NCBI GenBank assembly: GCA_051294375.1
Contig: CM119266.1
Coordinates: forward strand, 25,588,736 to 25,652,735
Source of the DNA: Paraspadella gotoi
Taxonomy: Eukaryota > Animalia > Chaetognatha
DNA: 64,000 nt
Direction: 5' to 3'
Part shown: positions 1 through 13,048 of the stretch, piece after piece
Position numbering within the stretch: the stretch's first letter is position 1
Layout: every line of letters begins with the position of its first letter
Notes under the pieces: model-generated
What the model was told of the DNA's origin: nothing
What the model saw: the letters and a program-made list of their open reading frames with translations, nothing else
Databases searched by the model: none
Translations under genes and position numbers: made by a program

Positions 1-322
1 GGCGCGCGGAGAGAATGACGGGGGCCGCCATTTTGAGGAAAAAATGATGGGGGGGAGAGAGGGAGGGAGGAAAGAGAGGGTGAGTTCATGTGAGAAAAGA
101 AAAAGAAAAGATGATGTAGTAGTTTGTGCTGAACGAGATGCTGGAGGATATTGTACAGAGTTGATGGAGAGATGAAGCGATTTAGGATATTGTGCGGACT
201 GCGGAGTGATGGAGAGATGGAGAGAAAGACGCCGCTTGATGGAGAAGAATGAACCTACGAATGATATCGTCGGTCGTGTTGGCGAGAGACCCAGAGAGAG
301 AGAAAAGGTCGGTGACTCGATT

Positions 323-383
<61 letters not shown>

Positions 384-388
384 CGATG
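323..388. repeat. (ATG)n microsatellite; representative of dozens of simple repeats, e.g. (GAA)n 5715-5797, (ATC)n 25055-25127, (AAT)n 33943-33978, (TTCG)n 36790-36855 and many (AG)n tracts
   Basis: Perfect tandem repeats directly visible in the sequence. Confidence 0.97.
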
Positions 389-545
389 TTGGATTATTTA
401 ATAAGTTTTTGCTTATTGATGACTTTGTCCTCTTTCTGAGGGACAGTTTGGGCTTTGTCGTTTTCTATTTGTCTGTCTCTCTGTCTGTCACTCTGTCTCT
501 GTCTCTGTCTCTCTCCCTCCTTCTCTCTCCCTGCCTCCCTCTCTA

Positions 546-577
<32 letters not shown>

Positions 578-2079
578 AAAATCACGAAGCGTTCATTCTC
601 TTTTCCTTTCTCCCTCTTTCATATTTTTTTTTCAGAGAAATTTATGAGGTGTCGTTGCTGAACTAAGCGATGACGCATTAGCCGCGCGACGACAGCGACG
701 CCGTGGCTGCAGTCACCGACAGACTCACGGATGACGTTGTGAAATGTGAATCCGAGTCGCGCCGGTGATCAGGAAATCAACGACTCGGTAATATCAAAAC
801 CTTCATCAAAAACGCATTTGAGAGAAATCAGGAGGAAACAGAAACAGTTCAAAAAATCAAAAAATCAAACTACAAGTTTTCAACGACTTCTTATTTGGGT
901 TTTCGTTTACTACTAAACTTTTGGACACATTACACGATATAAATTTTAATATATTTTTAATTTTTTAATTTTTATATGTATTTTTTAATACAAATAGCTA
1001 AATCAGACGGTTTTTTTCCTTTTTATACTTATTTCGTCGCTCTAAATAGATCTAAGATTAGTTTAGATGAATCTAGATTAAAACTTAAGATACTTTCTCC
1101 GATTGGAAATCTTATTATCTTATTATCAAGAATATTTTTAAATTAATTTCACGATTAATTAGCGTTACTGAGAAAAAAAAAGCAATCTATTTATAAAACC
1201 TTCTAAATATGTACATCGAATCTGCATTTTGTAACCTTCTCGTCATATTCATTCTCAACTTTTCCACATTCCCCCCCCCCTTCGTTTTTCCCTCACCATC
1301 CTTTGGATTAAGGGGGGGGGTGAACTTTCCCCGTCCAAGTTCCGCCACCATGGCGCCACCATAAAAAATCCCAAAATGACATCCGGTTTTCGCTTTCCTT
1401 CCGTTTTAGCGCCAGAAAGAAAAAAAAAAGCGACTGCGGTTCGTCAGAGAGAGGGAAAGAGAGAGAGAGAGAGAGAGAGAAATACGTAGAGAGATTTTTT
1501 AGCTTCCCCCTGATTTTTTATTTTTTTTTTCTCGGGGCAAAACACGATCAAAACAAACTCGAAAAATCGAGATAAAATTTTTTTCAGAGGGTGAGGCAAG
1601 GATTGAGGGGAGGCAACGAGTAAGGAGAGGGTGAGGAGAGGGTGAGATCGACCATTTTTTCAACATATCTTCATTTCTCCCAGAAACCCTAATTATAAAA
1701 AGAAAAAAGAAAGAGAGGAAAGATAGAAAGAAAGAAAGAAAAAAAAGAAAAAAGAAAAAGAGGAAAGATAGAAAGAAAGAAAGAAAAAAAAGAAAAAAAG
1801 AAAGAGAGTCAGGAAGGGATTACTAATGCATTCTATCTGACTGGCGTGACAGATTCCGTGAGATATTGATGACGATTAGAATTACGCAAAACCCGATATT
1901 AAAAAAATATTCGTATCGATTCAGTCACGTCCCCGCGTGAAACTTTTGTGACGCGTCGTGGATATTCAAGGTCACGAATTGACGCCGTGGCGCATTGCGG
2001 TGCAAAACGTGTCAAGCGAAACCAAAACGGGATACACGCGTAACGTCGATTTTTAAATTGGTATCTCGGAAAAGCAATG

Positions 2080-2112
<33 letters not shown>

Positions 2113-2113
2113 A

Positions 2114-2170
<57 letters not shown>

Positions 2171-2789
2171 ATGTTTGTCTTTTTTGAGTCTTCCCTTTGA
2201 AGTTGCGGAATATCATGCGATTTCGAAAGCCGAGTAAAACCTTCCCCTTGAACTCAGAACAGGACGGCCGGAGAGAAAGACATACGTACGGACGTGCGGA
2301 CTGACGGACGAACGGAAGGACCGAGAGACGGGCATGAAAGAAATTCGAACAATCAAACAAATAATTAATAAACGAAGGCACTAAGATATCGTAAATATGT
2401 ATGTATGTATGTATTGTAATTAGACCACTGAACTATATTTTTTTTATTCTTTGGTTTTATTAATATTTGTTTTGAATAGATTAGGTGAGAAAAGGTACTA
2501 GATTTCGCTGATCTGGATACAACAAAAGGGAACAAGAGAATCAAAGGAAAAAGTGAAAAAAAAATTATATATAAAATATATATCATAAACTATGTTATAA
2601 AATATTATAAGCGAAAGACGAAAGAAAGAATAAAGAAGATGATGGCGACGCGAAGAGAAAAAAAACATGGGTGTTTGGACAGTTTATCTGTCTGAAAAAA
2701 AGATAAGTTAGGGCACAACAGAGACAGAGCGAGTGAGAGAGAGAGAGANNNNNNNNNNNNNNNNNNNNNNNNNATGTACAAAGAGAGAG

Positions 2790-3750
2790 AATTTCATAGA
2801 CCGTGCGTCGCTTCTCCGGAAAATGTAGATTTTTTTTATAGACTTTCCCTATTTTAATACATACCGCCCCCAGATATATAGAGATATAGATAACCGATCC
2901 CTTTCCCTGACTTACCGTAAAAAACATTATTCGAATTTTTTACGGCGCGAGGGTACACGGTTTTGTCTTTGTAGGGTTTTACCCTTTCCTCCTTTAGATG
3001 GATTACAGTCTCATTTCTTCTTTTTTTTTCTTTTCTTTTCCTTCTTCTCAAATTCTTTTATCTTTTTTTCATCGACTCTTAAATTTTCCGGCCGCAGCGT
3101 GAGAAACTTCCCCGTCGCAGGTTCCTTTTGATGGTCGATGATTAGACAAACCATAACCGCACCGGAAGGATATGTTGGCAGCGGGCGAGGTCGTCGTCGT
3201 GTCTTGTCTTCGTTCGTTGCGTCGTCGTCGTCGTTCGTGTCGATTCATCGATGTTCCATTGCATGATTAAGCTAAAGGTCTTATCAATCAACAGATGAGT
3301 CTATTTTATCTTCCAACATCGGTCTTTTTTTGCGCGCCCCGGTTTTTTGCCGCATCTTGTTTATGTGTAAAAATCGCAGTATCTGGTAATCACGCTCTCT
3401 CTCTCATCGCTCAGTCGTCTGTCTCTCTCATTCAGGTCTCTCCTCTCATCGGTCAGCTCTCGATTACCTCATCCATACGTCATCTGTCGCCGCTCCCTTC
3501 CTCGTTCGTGCTTTCAATCTCTACATCATTGGTTTCTCGCGTCGTTTCACGACAAACTCAAAACTCACGCTAGCAGATCTAGAGCGGCACAGCGATGTGC
3601 GGCGTGATGCTGTTCCTTTCTGCAATGTTTTCCGTCTGGACAATGCTTATACCTGCATGCGCTTTCAATGTCGAGATAATTGGATTTTACAGGCACTATA
3701 AGAAGATTATAATAAGCTTCAGCGACAAAACTAATTGACTTTGTAGCTGA
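2790..3750 (-). repeat. Noisy inverted copy of 3895-4420 and of 15060-15810 (fold-back)
   Basis: For example 3361 TTATGTGTAAAAATCGCAGTATCT is the near reverse complement of 3897 AGATACTGGATTTTTACACATAA. It is indel-rich and starts just after a 25-N gap. Confidence 0.85.
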
Positions 3751-5997
3751 AAATATTAGTACTTTTCGTACCTGTTTTTTCTTCTCTTCTCTCTTCTCTC
3801 AATATACTCTCTCGTCTCGTTACTCGTCTCTCTATCTCTCCTCTCTCTCTCTCTCTCTCCTCTCACTCTCTCATCACTCTCATCATCTGAGAGGATAGAT
3901 ACTGGATTTTTACACATAAACAAGATGGCGAAAAACCGGGGCAAAGACCGATGTTGGAAGAAATAGATCATCTGTTGATGATAAGACCTTCTTAATCATG
4001 CAATGGAAATGATGAAGTCGACGAACGACGACGACGACGACGAACGAAGAACGACGACGGCGGTGCCAAATATCTCCGATGTCGTAATCATCGACCATAA
4101 AAGGACCCTGGCGACGGGGAAGTTTCTCTGCGGGATTAAAGATGAAAAAAAGATAAAAAAAAATGAAGAAAAGAGAGAGATAAAGATAAAAAAAATGCAG
4201 AGGGAGAGAAGGAAAAGAAAAGAAAAAAGAAGAAATGAAATCAAAAAAGGAGGAAAGGGAAACCAAAACGAAACCGCCGGCGGAAAATCTTTTTTAAGGG
4301 GAGGGGTGGGAGAGAACGATAATCGGGGGGGGAGGGGGGCGGTTATGTATAAAATATGGAAAGTCCGAAGAAAAAAAAAATCTATCATTTGTCGCGGAGA
4401 AGCGACGCGGTGTATGAAACGACGATTCGTAAAAACGGACCAAGAAGAGATGAGCTTCCGGAGTGAGGGGGGAAAAAGCGACGATAATGGTAAATAAAAA
4501 CATGAGAGAGAGAGAGAAGAGAGAAGAGAAGAAGAAGATGAGAGAGAGAGATGAGAGAGCGAGAGAGAGAGAGAGAGAGGAGAAGTAGAGAGAGGTAAGA
4601 GTCGTGGACACGAACAAGCGTGGAGACCTCGCGNNNNNNNNNNNNNNNNNNNNNNNNNTCGTAGATTTTTCTTCGTTTTTTTTCTCCCCCTCGAGGGTTT
4701 TTCTCCGTCTCTCCCTCCCCCCTGCCTTCCCCCTGCCTCCTTCCGGCCGCCTTTAAGAAAAGGAGTGGATTTCGGGTGATAAATCATCGGTTGCGGCTTT
4801 GACGCTACTGAAAGGGGGGGATGGTAGGTGGAGTGGTAAGGTCGATGACACTACTGGAGAGAGAGCGTGGACTTGGAGTGGTGGGGGTGATGAGAGACAA
4901 AGGACGCCACCGGGGCGTCATGGAGGAAGAGAAGCTCAGGAAAGCGAACGAGGATTAATTATCTACGGTTCATCGGTTTCGACAGAAAGGATGGTTTAAT
5001 ATGTTTTAACTTATGATAAATGTACTATGGTTTTTATATATTTACAATTATTATTACAAGATTATCAGGAGCTCTTTTTTTTTCCTGAAGATTTCCTGAC
5101 GAATCGTGTTTGTATCGTTTTCGGTCATGACCCGGCTGTAATATAAAAACCAATATAAGCCGATCGGTAAAAATCGTAAATTATAAAATATTTTTTCCCG
5201 ATAGGCTTCGGTGGCGTGGGGGATCGAAAAGAGAAATGACTGATATTAGATGCGAAGAGAAACGGAACCGATGATTCCGAGTGGAAGAAAATACAAGGAG
5301 TTTATGAGGTTTTCTTGAGGGAGAATCGACAATTGAATGAATGGAGATTGGAGAATGAAGATGAATAAAGATGAAGAAAGATTAAATAAAGATGAATGAA
5401 CATTAAAGTGGTAAATGAGATGCGAAGAGGTAAGTCGAAAATACATTTTAATGATGTAAGATAAAATGAGATTATAATGAGATAAGATAATATGAGATGA
5501 TATTATCAAATTATATTGAGTCATGACGTTATCCTTGAATGATTTAAAATTGTTATCAAATACTTTAAACTGTCTAACCTGAGGTAACAAAAGACAGGAG
5601 TAAAGACAAGATTCAACCAGGAATCGCGCTGGTTTTGTCAGTTTCAAAGGCGTCACCATCGTTAGGCTAATCGAGACAGAGTGGGAAAAAGAAGAAAGAA
5701 AAAAGGATCGATTAGAAGACGAAGACGAAGACGAAGAAGAAGAAGAAGAAGAAGAAGAAGAAGAAGAAGAAGAAGAAGAAGAAGAAGAAGAAGAAGAAAG
5801 AAAGGGGAAGGAAAGAGGGAAGGAAGGAGACAAAATAATTAGAAGCTTTCAGATATCGCGGTGAAAAATTTTGAGTTAGATAGGGATTAAGAATTTAGAA
5901 GGAAAAGCAAAACGAAGAAGGAAACAAAAAAAAACAAAAAAAATGAAATAAAATAACGTGACGCGGAGTAACGCGCGAAGATGTTAACACTTAGAGG

Positions 5998-6087
<90 letters not shown>

Positions 6088-6235
6088 AGACGAGAGAGAA
6101 AGGAAAGAAAGCGGAAGGGGCAAGAGCCTTTTCGTCTAGAAAAAAAAAAAAAGTTTTGACGCGCGAACGCGCGACGCAAGAGAACGCAAAAAAGAAACAG
6201 AGAGAGAAAGCAACAAAATAAAGAGAGAGAGCGAG

Positions 6236-6284
<49 letters not shown>

Positions 6285-7313
6285 AGAGAGAGAGAGAGCG
6301 AGGGGCGAGGAAATCGAGAGCTATCTCCCTGATCCCAGAGTTTGACTGTAATTCGACCAAATCGCTCCTTTCTGACAAATAAAAAAAAAAAAAAAACAAA
6401 AAAAAACACACACAAAAAAAACACACAAAAAGAAAGTCAAACCTCTTTTCTTTCTATGTATTCCGTGTTCCATATTTCCATATCCTTTTTTTCCCCCCTT
6501 TTTTTCCCCGCTTTTTTTTCTCGCTTTTGACGTTTTTTTTTTTTGACTTTTGTCGTCGAAGGATATTTTTGGTCGCTGGAGGTTTGATCGTAATGATACA
6601 ACGATAGAGACAGAGATGTGGAAGGGGGGAAAGGGAAATAATGTTGGATGGTCAGGAAGTAAAGAAGTTTGAATGGAATATAGAATCAGGAGAGAGAGAA
6701 AAAAAAAAGAAAGAGAGAGAGAGAGAGAGAAGAGAGAGAGAGCAGAAGAGAGAGAGAGAGAGAGAGAAAGGAAGAAAATAAGAAGAGAAGAGAGAGAGAC
6801 CATATAGTATAGAGAGTTTTTTTTTTCAAACTCCACCCTTAACCCTTTCGGCGCCCAAGCGTGCTCTTTTCGCCACAACTTCCTCTTTCTGCCTCCCAGA
6901 GAAAAAAAAAGAGTTTTATTGCTCGAGTTCGCATTGATAAAAACGTTTTATTGCTCGAGTCCCATTGATAACAAAAAAAACGAAAGATGTAAGGAAAAAA
7001 AATGGAGACTGCAAAAAAAAAAAAAAAGCGCAAGATGAGACGAAGTCTGAAACATTTATTTTGAAAAAGGCGCGAGAATGAAAGAGGAAAAGGAGGGTGT
7101 GGACCAGCTGGGGTAGGCAGAGGGAGGGGTGTTAAGGGGGGAGAGGGAGGAGTGTAGTAGTGCCAGGTTAAGAGAGAGAGAGAGGGAGTCAAAATTCTGT
7201 AGAAAAAAAAAAGCGGAGACGGGAGGAAAGGAAACCACGACTGGTGGAGGAAAAAGTCGCTTTGGGTCCAGAATCGGAACTGAAATGAGATGCTGAATCA
7301 CGAATCGGGAAGG

Positions 7314-7353
<40 letters not shown>

Positions 7354-8071
7354 GAGAGAGAGTAGAGAGAGAGAGAGAGAGAGACGAGAGACGGAGAGAG
7401 AGAGAGGAAAAATTCGAAATTGTGGTGGAAGGAAGAGGAAAAAGCCGATGAGATAGAGACAGAGTAGAACAGGTGCGTGAAATGGAGGACGAAGAGAAAA
7501 GTTGAGCTCGAAAGCGAAAGTAAAAAGTGAACGACTTTACAGAACTATTATCTCCGTCTCCTACTGGTGATAGTTTAAAGAAGTAAGGTTTGCTGTTTGT
7601 TCATTAAATAAATACCCATCTTGATATTAATGTGCAAGAAATTGTTTCAAAAAGGAAAGTAAGAAAACAAGCTAACTTAAACATTAAACAATAAACATAA
7701 ACAACATAAACAATAAACAATCTTTCAAAATAAAATAAAAATGCTGTAATTTATATCATAATGAGCTTTTCACTCTAAAAAAAAATTATTAATTTGAACG
7801 AATAGTCCTTTTTTACTTACTTATTATCTTTTAATATTTCTTCGTATCATCGCAGAGGAATCGAACCCAAAAGGAATTTAATACGAACTGCATGATCGCT
7901 GATTTTGCTATGATGCGTCGCTTCGCCTCAGTTCAACCTTTCGCCGCAGGCAGAGCTTATTCGTCCTTATATTTCGTATCGACGTGCGCTAACTCAGTGT
8001 CGCCCTCCCTAAATTGTGCGTCGCGGCCAAAATAAACACACACACANNNNNNNNNNNNNNNNNNNNNNNNN

Positions 8072-8383
8072 GATGGAGAGAGAGGACGAGAGAGAGAGAG
8101 AGTGCGAGACGGAGAGAGAGAGAGAGAGAGAAATTAAAGAAGAAAGAGAAAGGAAAAATATACCTAATTGCTTAAAGGTCTTGTTTTCATTCATCGTCGA
8201 CTTTCTCGGTCGTCGCCATGGAAACGTCGTCCTAGTTTTTCCACGCTTTTTTTTTTTAGCTGAAACCGTTGTGGACAAAAGCGCTGCATGTTGTTTGGGT
8301 ACTCACGCTTTTCGGCCACGTCGTTCGTTCGTTCGTCGTTTTCGTAGTTTTAGTCGTCGTCGTCGTCTTCGTTGCTATTTTCA

Positions 8384-8417
<34 letters not shown>

Positions 8418-8642
8418 TTTTTTTTCAGTGCGGATACAAGAAAAATACTGCAATTTCATTTTGAATAATTTAGCATATATACATTAGAGTATTTATAGCA
8501 TCGTAGTGTGCCAAATGTAATTCTATGCCTTTTGTTAACATAAGCATTAAAAGATAAACTGAAAGGAGGATTTCCGACTTTTTGATGAACCACATGAGTT
8601 GGCATATCAATCTTCTTCTGTTGGCCCTTTCCACTCTCCCAT

Positions 8643-8680
<38 letters not shown>

Positions 8681-9407
8681 CTCCTCTCTCTCCTCTCTCT
8701 CTCTTCTCTCTCTCTCTCTCTCTATCTTTCCCTCCCTCCCATAAAACGAAAAGAGAAGGAAATGACGATACTGGGACAGACGATAGCGACCCCACGCGAC
8801 GTCGGCCAGGACGAAGATTCCGATGGCTCTTTTCTGTTTTCTTTTTTTCTTTATGTTTCTCCGATTTTTCGGTCTACGAGGATGGTTTCGATGAAAAAAC
8901 AAAAAAACACCATCGCGGGTATCTGGTAAAGATGGACGAGGGAAGGTTGAGAAAAGGATTAAAGCCGAAGGGACCAAAGAAACGTCCACAGAGAGAAAGA
9001 GAGAGAGACAGAGAGAGAGAGATGAGAGAGAGACGAGCAGAGAGAGAGACGAGTAGAGGAGAGGAGAGAGAGAGAGAGGAGAGATAGAGAGAGAGAGAGA
9101 GTCGCTTCTCTCTTTCTCTCTGTGCGTTTCTGTCTTCGGCTTTCCTTCCCTTTAATCTTTCTTCAACTTCCCTCGTCCATCTTTACCGACCGCGATGTGT
9201 TTTTGTTTTTCATGAAAACATCCTCTACCGAAAAATCGGAGAAACATAAAGAAAAAGAAAAAGAAAAGAGCATCGGAATCTTCGTCCTGCCGACGTCGCG
9301 TGGGGTCGCTATCGTCTGTCCCAGTATCTCATTTCCTTCTCTTTTCCGTTTTATGGGAGGGAGGGAAAGATAGAGAGAGAGAGAGAGAGAAGAGAGAGAG
9401 AGGAGAG

Positions 9408-9450
<43 letters not shown>

Positions 9451-9950
9451 GAGGGACCAAAGAAGAAGATTGATATCCAAATCATGTGGTTCATCAAAAG
9501 TCGGAAAATCCTCCTTTCAGTTTATCTAATCTTATGTTAACAAAAAGGCATAGAATTACATTTGCACACTACGATGCTATAATACTCTAATGTATAATGC
9601 TAATTCAAAATGAAATTGCAGTATTTTTTCTTGTATCCCACTGTATTGAAAATAGACAACGAAGACGACGACGACGACTAAAACTACGAAAACGACGACG
9701 ACGACGACGATGGCGAAAACGTGAGTACCCAAAACAACATCACCTTTTGTAAACAACTTTCACTAAAAAAAAAAAGCGTGAAAAACTAGGACGACGTTTC
9801 CATGGCGACGACGAGAAAGTCGACGATGAATGAAAACAAAGACCTTTAACAATTAGGTTATATTTCTTTCTCTTTCTTTCTTCTTTAATTTCTCTCTCTC
9901 TCTCTCTCTCCGTCTCGCACTCTCTCTCTCTCTCGTCCTCTCTCTCCATC
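8072..9950. repeat. Fold-back inverted duplication: arms 8072-9000 and ~9115-9950
   Basis: The left arm starts GATGGAGAGAGGACGAG and the right arm ends CTCGTCCTCTCTCCATC. Both ends are bounded by N gaps and the turn lies in an (AG)n tract. Confidence 0.9.
9796..9809 (+). promoter_or_regulatory. RFX X-box-like motif GTTTCCATGGCGAC (also 8212-8225 inverted and 20250-20263)
   Basis: Close match to the 14-bp RFX palindrome GTHNYYATRRNAAC; the three hits are copies of a single locus. Confidence 0.4.
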
Positions 9951-10005
9951 NNNNNNNNNNNNNNNNNNNNNNNNNNNNNNNNNNNNNNNNNNNNNNNNNN
10001 NNNNN

Positions 10006-10048
<43 letters not shown>

Positions 10049-10216
10049 TCTCTCTCACTCAAATCTCACTCACTGAAGCACTCAAATAACAACAAATAAA
10101 AACAAAGAATCAAAACAATCGCCTCGAAATTGGGCTCGTCGGATCTGGATTAATTGACGTTGAGAGGGGAGAAATGCTCCACGCCGATTTCCGGAACAGA
10201 TGGAGAGAGACAACAA

Positions 10217-10264
<48 letters not shown>

Positions 10265-10267
10265 ATG

Positions 10268-10305
<38 letters not shown>

Positions 10306-10620
10306 TAACAGCTTATAAAACGAGGAAAACAGCTTTTCGTAAGTGGGCCCTTTTACAGTTCTTTAGAATCGGGTAAAAGTAAAGGTTCTTGCCGGATTAC
10401 CTCAGTTTCATAACATTAGCCAAAACTTTCATTGATCTCAATGTCGTAACGGAAATATGTATTCCTGAATGTCAGTTGTGAGAGGAAAAAGTGAGTCGCT
10501 AAAATGTCAGTCGGATGAGAGGACAATACGTAGTTGAGACTCTTGGACCAATCATTCGATTTCGCGGGTTTCTGGTGCCTCGAGTTTGATGGTGCCACTT
10601 TGAGTAAACAAAGGGACAAT

Positions 10621-11460
10621 CCCGATCACGAGCGGAAGAAGCCCGGAAGGAGAAGGAGTCGATCGGAAGCCACTGCACGCCGCCGCTCCGGTCTACGGCC
10701 TGCCGTTCGGAGAGCTGAGTATATGAGCTCAGAGAAAGAGAGAGAGACGAGAGAGTAAGAGGAAGAGAGAGAGATGAGAGAGAGAGATGAGAGCAGAAGG
10801 AGAGAGGGAGAAGAGAGAGAGTAGAGAGTGATGAAGAGAAATAGAGAGAGCGGAGAGGGAGAGAGAGGAGAGAGCGNNNNNNNNNNNNNNNNNNNNNNNN
10901 NTGAGAGAGAAGAGAGAGAGAGAGGAGAGAGAGAGTCGAGAGAGAGAGAGAGAGAAAGAGGAGAGAGAGAGAGAGATGGAGAGAGAGAGAGAGAGAAAGC
11001 ATTTGCTATACTCAGAAGCCTCGTATCAGCGCAGCCTCCGGAGCAGCGCCCGCGGCGGGGCTGGATCCGAGCGGCTTCTCCCTGCCTTCGACTTACTTCG
11101 CTCGGCCTTCTTACTCCTCTTCCTCTTCCTTTCTGCCCTATCATCCCGGATCCGCGCGACGACAGAGTCGATTCGGTCGGAGCCGCACAGCAACTGACTA
11201 CTCTTTTCTCTCTCTCTTAACCTCGTCCACCGCCGATCCTTCTTCTCTCTTGCCTCCGAGGGATCGATCATGGGTTCGCGCGGGATCCGGGAGTCCTTTT
11301 TTTCAAGAAATTGTATTTGAGTTAGCTATTTGGGCTTTATTGAAGCAACTAACTGACTAAAGTAGGGTAGTCTGGTGATTTTTCATATTTTTAAATTTTC
11401 CTCAATTTAAAAGATTTTTTTTAATGTTTCAGCTTTACTGTACAAGTAAATACGCAATTG
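10621..11460. repeat. Left direct repeat, interrupted by an AG-rich fill and a 25-N gap at ~10730-11005
   Basis: CCCGATCACGAGCGGAAGAAGCCCGG...GTAAATACGCAATTG matches 13049-13630. Confidence 0.85.
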
Positions 11461-11547
11461 AAAAAAACAACAAAAAAATATTAAAAATATTTAAATAAAA
11501 ATAATTAAAATTATTATTATAAAAATTTTGAAGTTTGATTTCTTGAG

Positions 11548-12711
11548 CTACATAGGTTTTTGCGATTCATATCCAGCATATTTATAGGCCGCTTCTAATA
11601 CTTTTTTTTCATTTTCAAAAAATTCACTTGGTGTCATTTTTTGAAGCTTCATGGCTTTCCTTTCTTTTTTGTAGGGGCCTGCCCAGATGCAGTCGGCTTG
11701 GAAGAAATTCTGGTTTGTTGGCCGATTTTACTGTAAGTATAAAAGAGTTAATTTCTTATGTCGGTCATACGCAGATAAAAAACCTAATAGCATCAGTGAA
11801 AGGCATTGCACTTTTTATTTTATCATGAGAAAAATCCAAGGTCATTTATAATACAAAATCGTTTTTAGGAATTTTAGAAGTAGTAAGGAAAAGAGGATAT
11901 AAACTATACCATTCATACTGGTACGATAAAGACAGTTATGAATTTTAATACTCAACCAAGACTGTCCATAGTTCGCCCAATCAACTCGCCTTTACAGTTC
12001 AGGAAAGGAAACTGTTCGCATTGGACACCTTGTCCCAAAGAATTCCAATGGTTGCCAAGGGAAAATTTCTTTACTTATTCTCACCAGCTCGTTGAGACGG
12101 CGAGGAATGTTCTTTTCGCAAAGTATTAGGCTCGAGTCAAATGCACCCAAGCATATAATCGTATATTTGACGTCCCAGCAGGAGTTTCTTTGGATTGAAT
12201 TTGGAATACTATATTTCTTATGTCACCATCATCATCGTTGGCACCATAGATTTTATACATAGGAGCAGAATTCTCAAACGATATCTATCCAGTTTTTAAA
12301 TTAGGGCAACGCCTACGATAACAGTGAACATTTCTTCGTAGGTTTGCTCCTATCACAATTTACACCTATGTAACAGATCTTTCGGAGTATAATGCCAGCA
12401 CGATTAAATCTTGAATGAAAATTCTTTCCTCGGAGATCCTTTGGAACATTGTGAGGCGACTTAACTTGGCGGAGATCTATTCATTTGAAATTAAGAAAAA
12501 GTTTTCCGATATTTTCTTATCAAGAGTGTAATGATTCGAAAATCATGAGCCAAAACAGAGAGTAAAAGTCCAAACAATGGTAAAACAATTCACGGTCAAA
12601 ACTAACTAAGGCGAGAAAACAATTGTATTGGTTAAGTGGCTTCAAATAGGTTGACCCACTTAACGGTCTCAGTGCGTGGATTCTAATTTGAAACGATTTG
12701 GTCGTTGTCAT
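11548..12711 (-). pseudogene. Intronless ~390-codon ORF broken by frameshifts (read error or decay); product unknown
   Basis: Microsatellite-free sequence giving successive protein-like minus-strand segments: MTTTKSFQIRIHALRP..., ENSAPMYKIYGANDDDGDIRNIVFQIQSKETPAGTSNIRLYAWVHLTRALILCEKNIPRRLNELVRISKEIF, and NFFQADCIWAGPYKKERKAMKLQKMTPSEFFENEKKVLEAAYKYAGYESQKPM*. Confidence 0.5.
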
Positions 12712-13048
12712 CTGTCGTTCGTCGTTGTCGTTGTTTTTTGTTAGCAGAATGAGCTTCTACAATTTTTAATTTTTAATATATTTTTTTTTAGATCACAATC
12801 ATTTAAAAAAAAAGGGGGAAGAAAAAGAGAGAAGGTGAGCAGTAAAGAAAAAGAGTAAGATCAGCTGATATATCTCCTGACCTACTTTACTCGACGACCG
12901 AGAACGATACAAGAGAAAATAAGACGAGAGAAGAGAGAAGAGAGAGATGAGAGAAAGAGACGAGAGAAGAGAGAGAGAGAAATCCGGGCCCGATCCTCGG
13001 ACTTCGACCGAAGAAGGCCCGACTCCATCAGAGAGAGAGAAAAATCTC

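Noticed and set aside
8990-9120. SMRTbell adapter at the fold-back centres
   Set aside because: The adapter core (AACAACAACGGAGGAGGAGG or its complement) is not visible; only AG repeats are present
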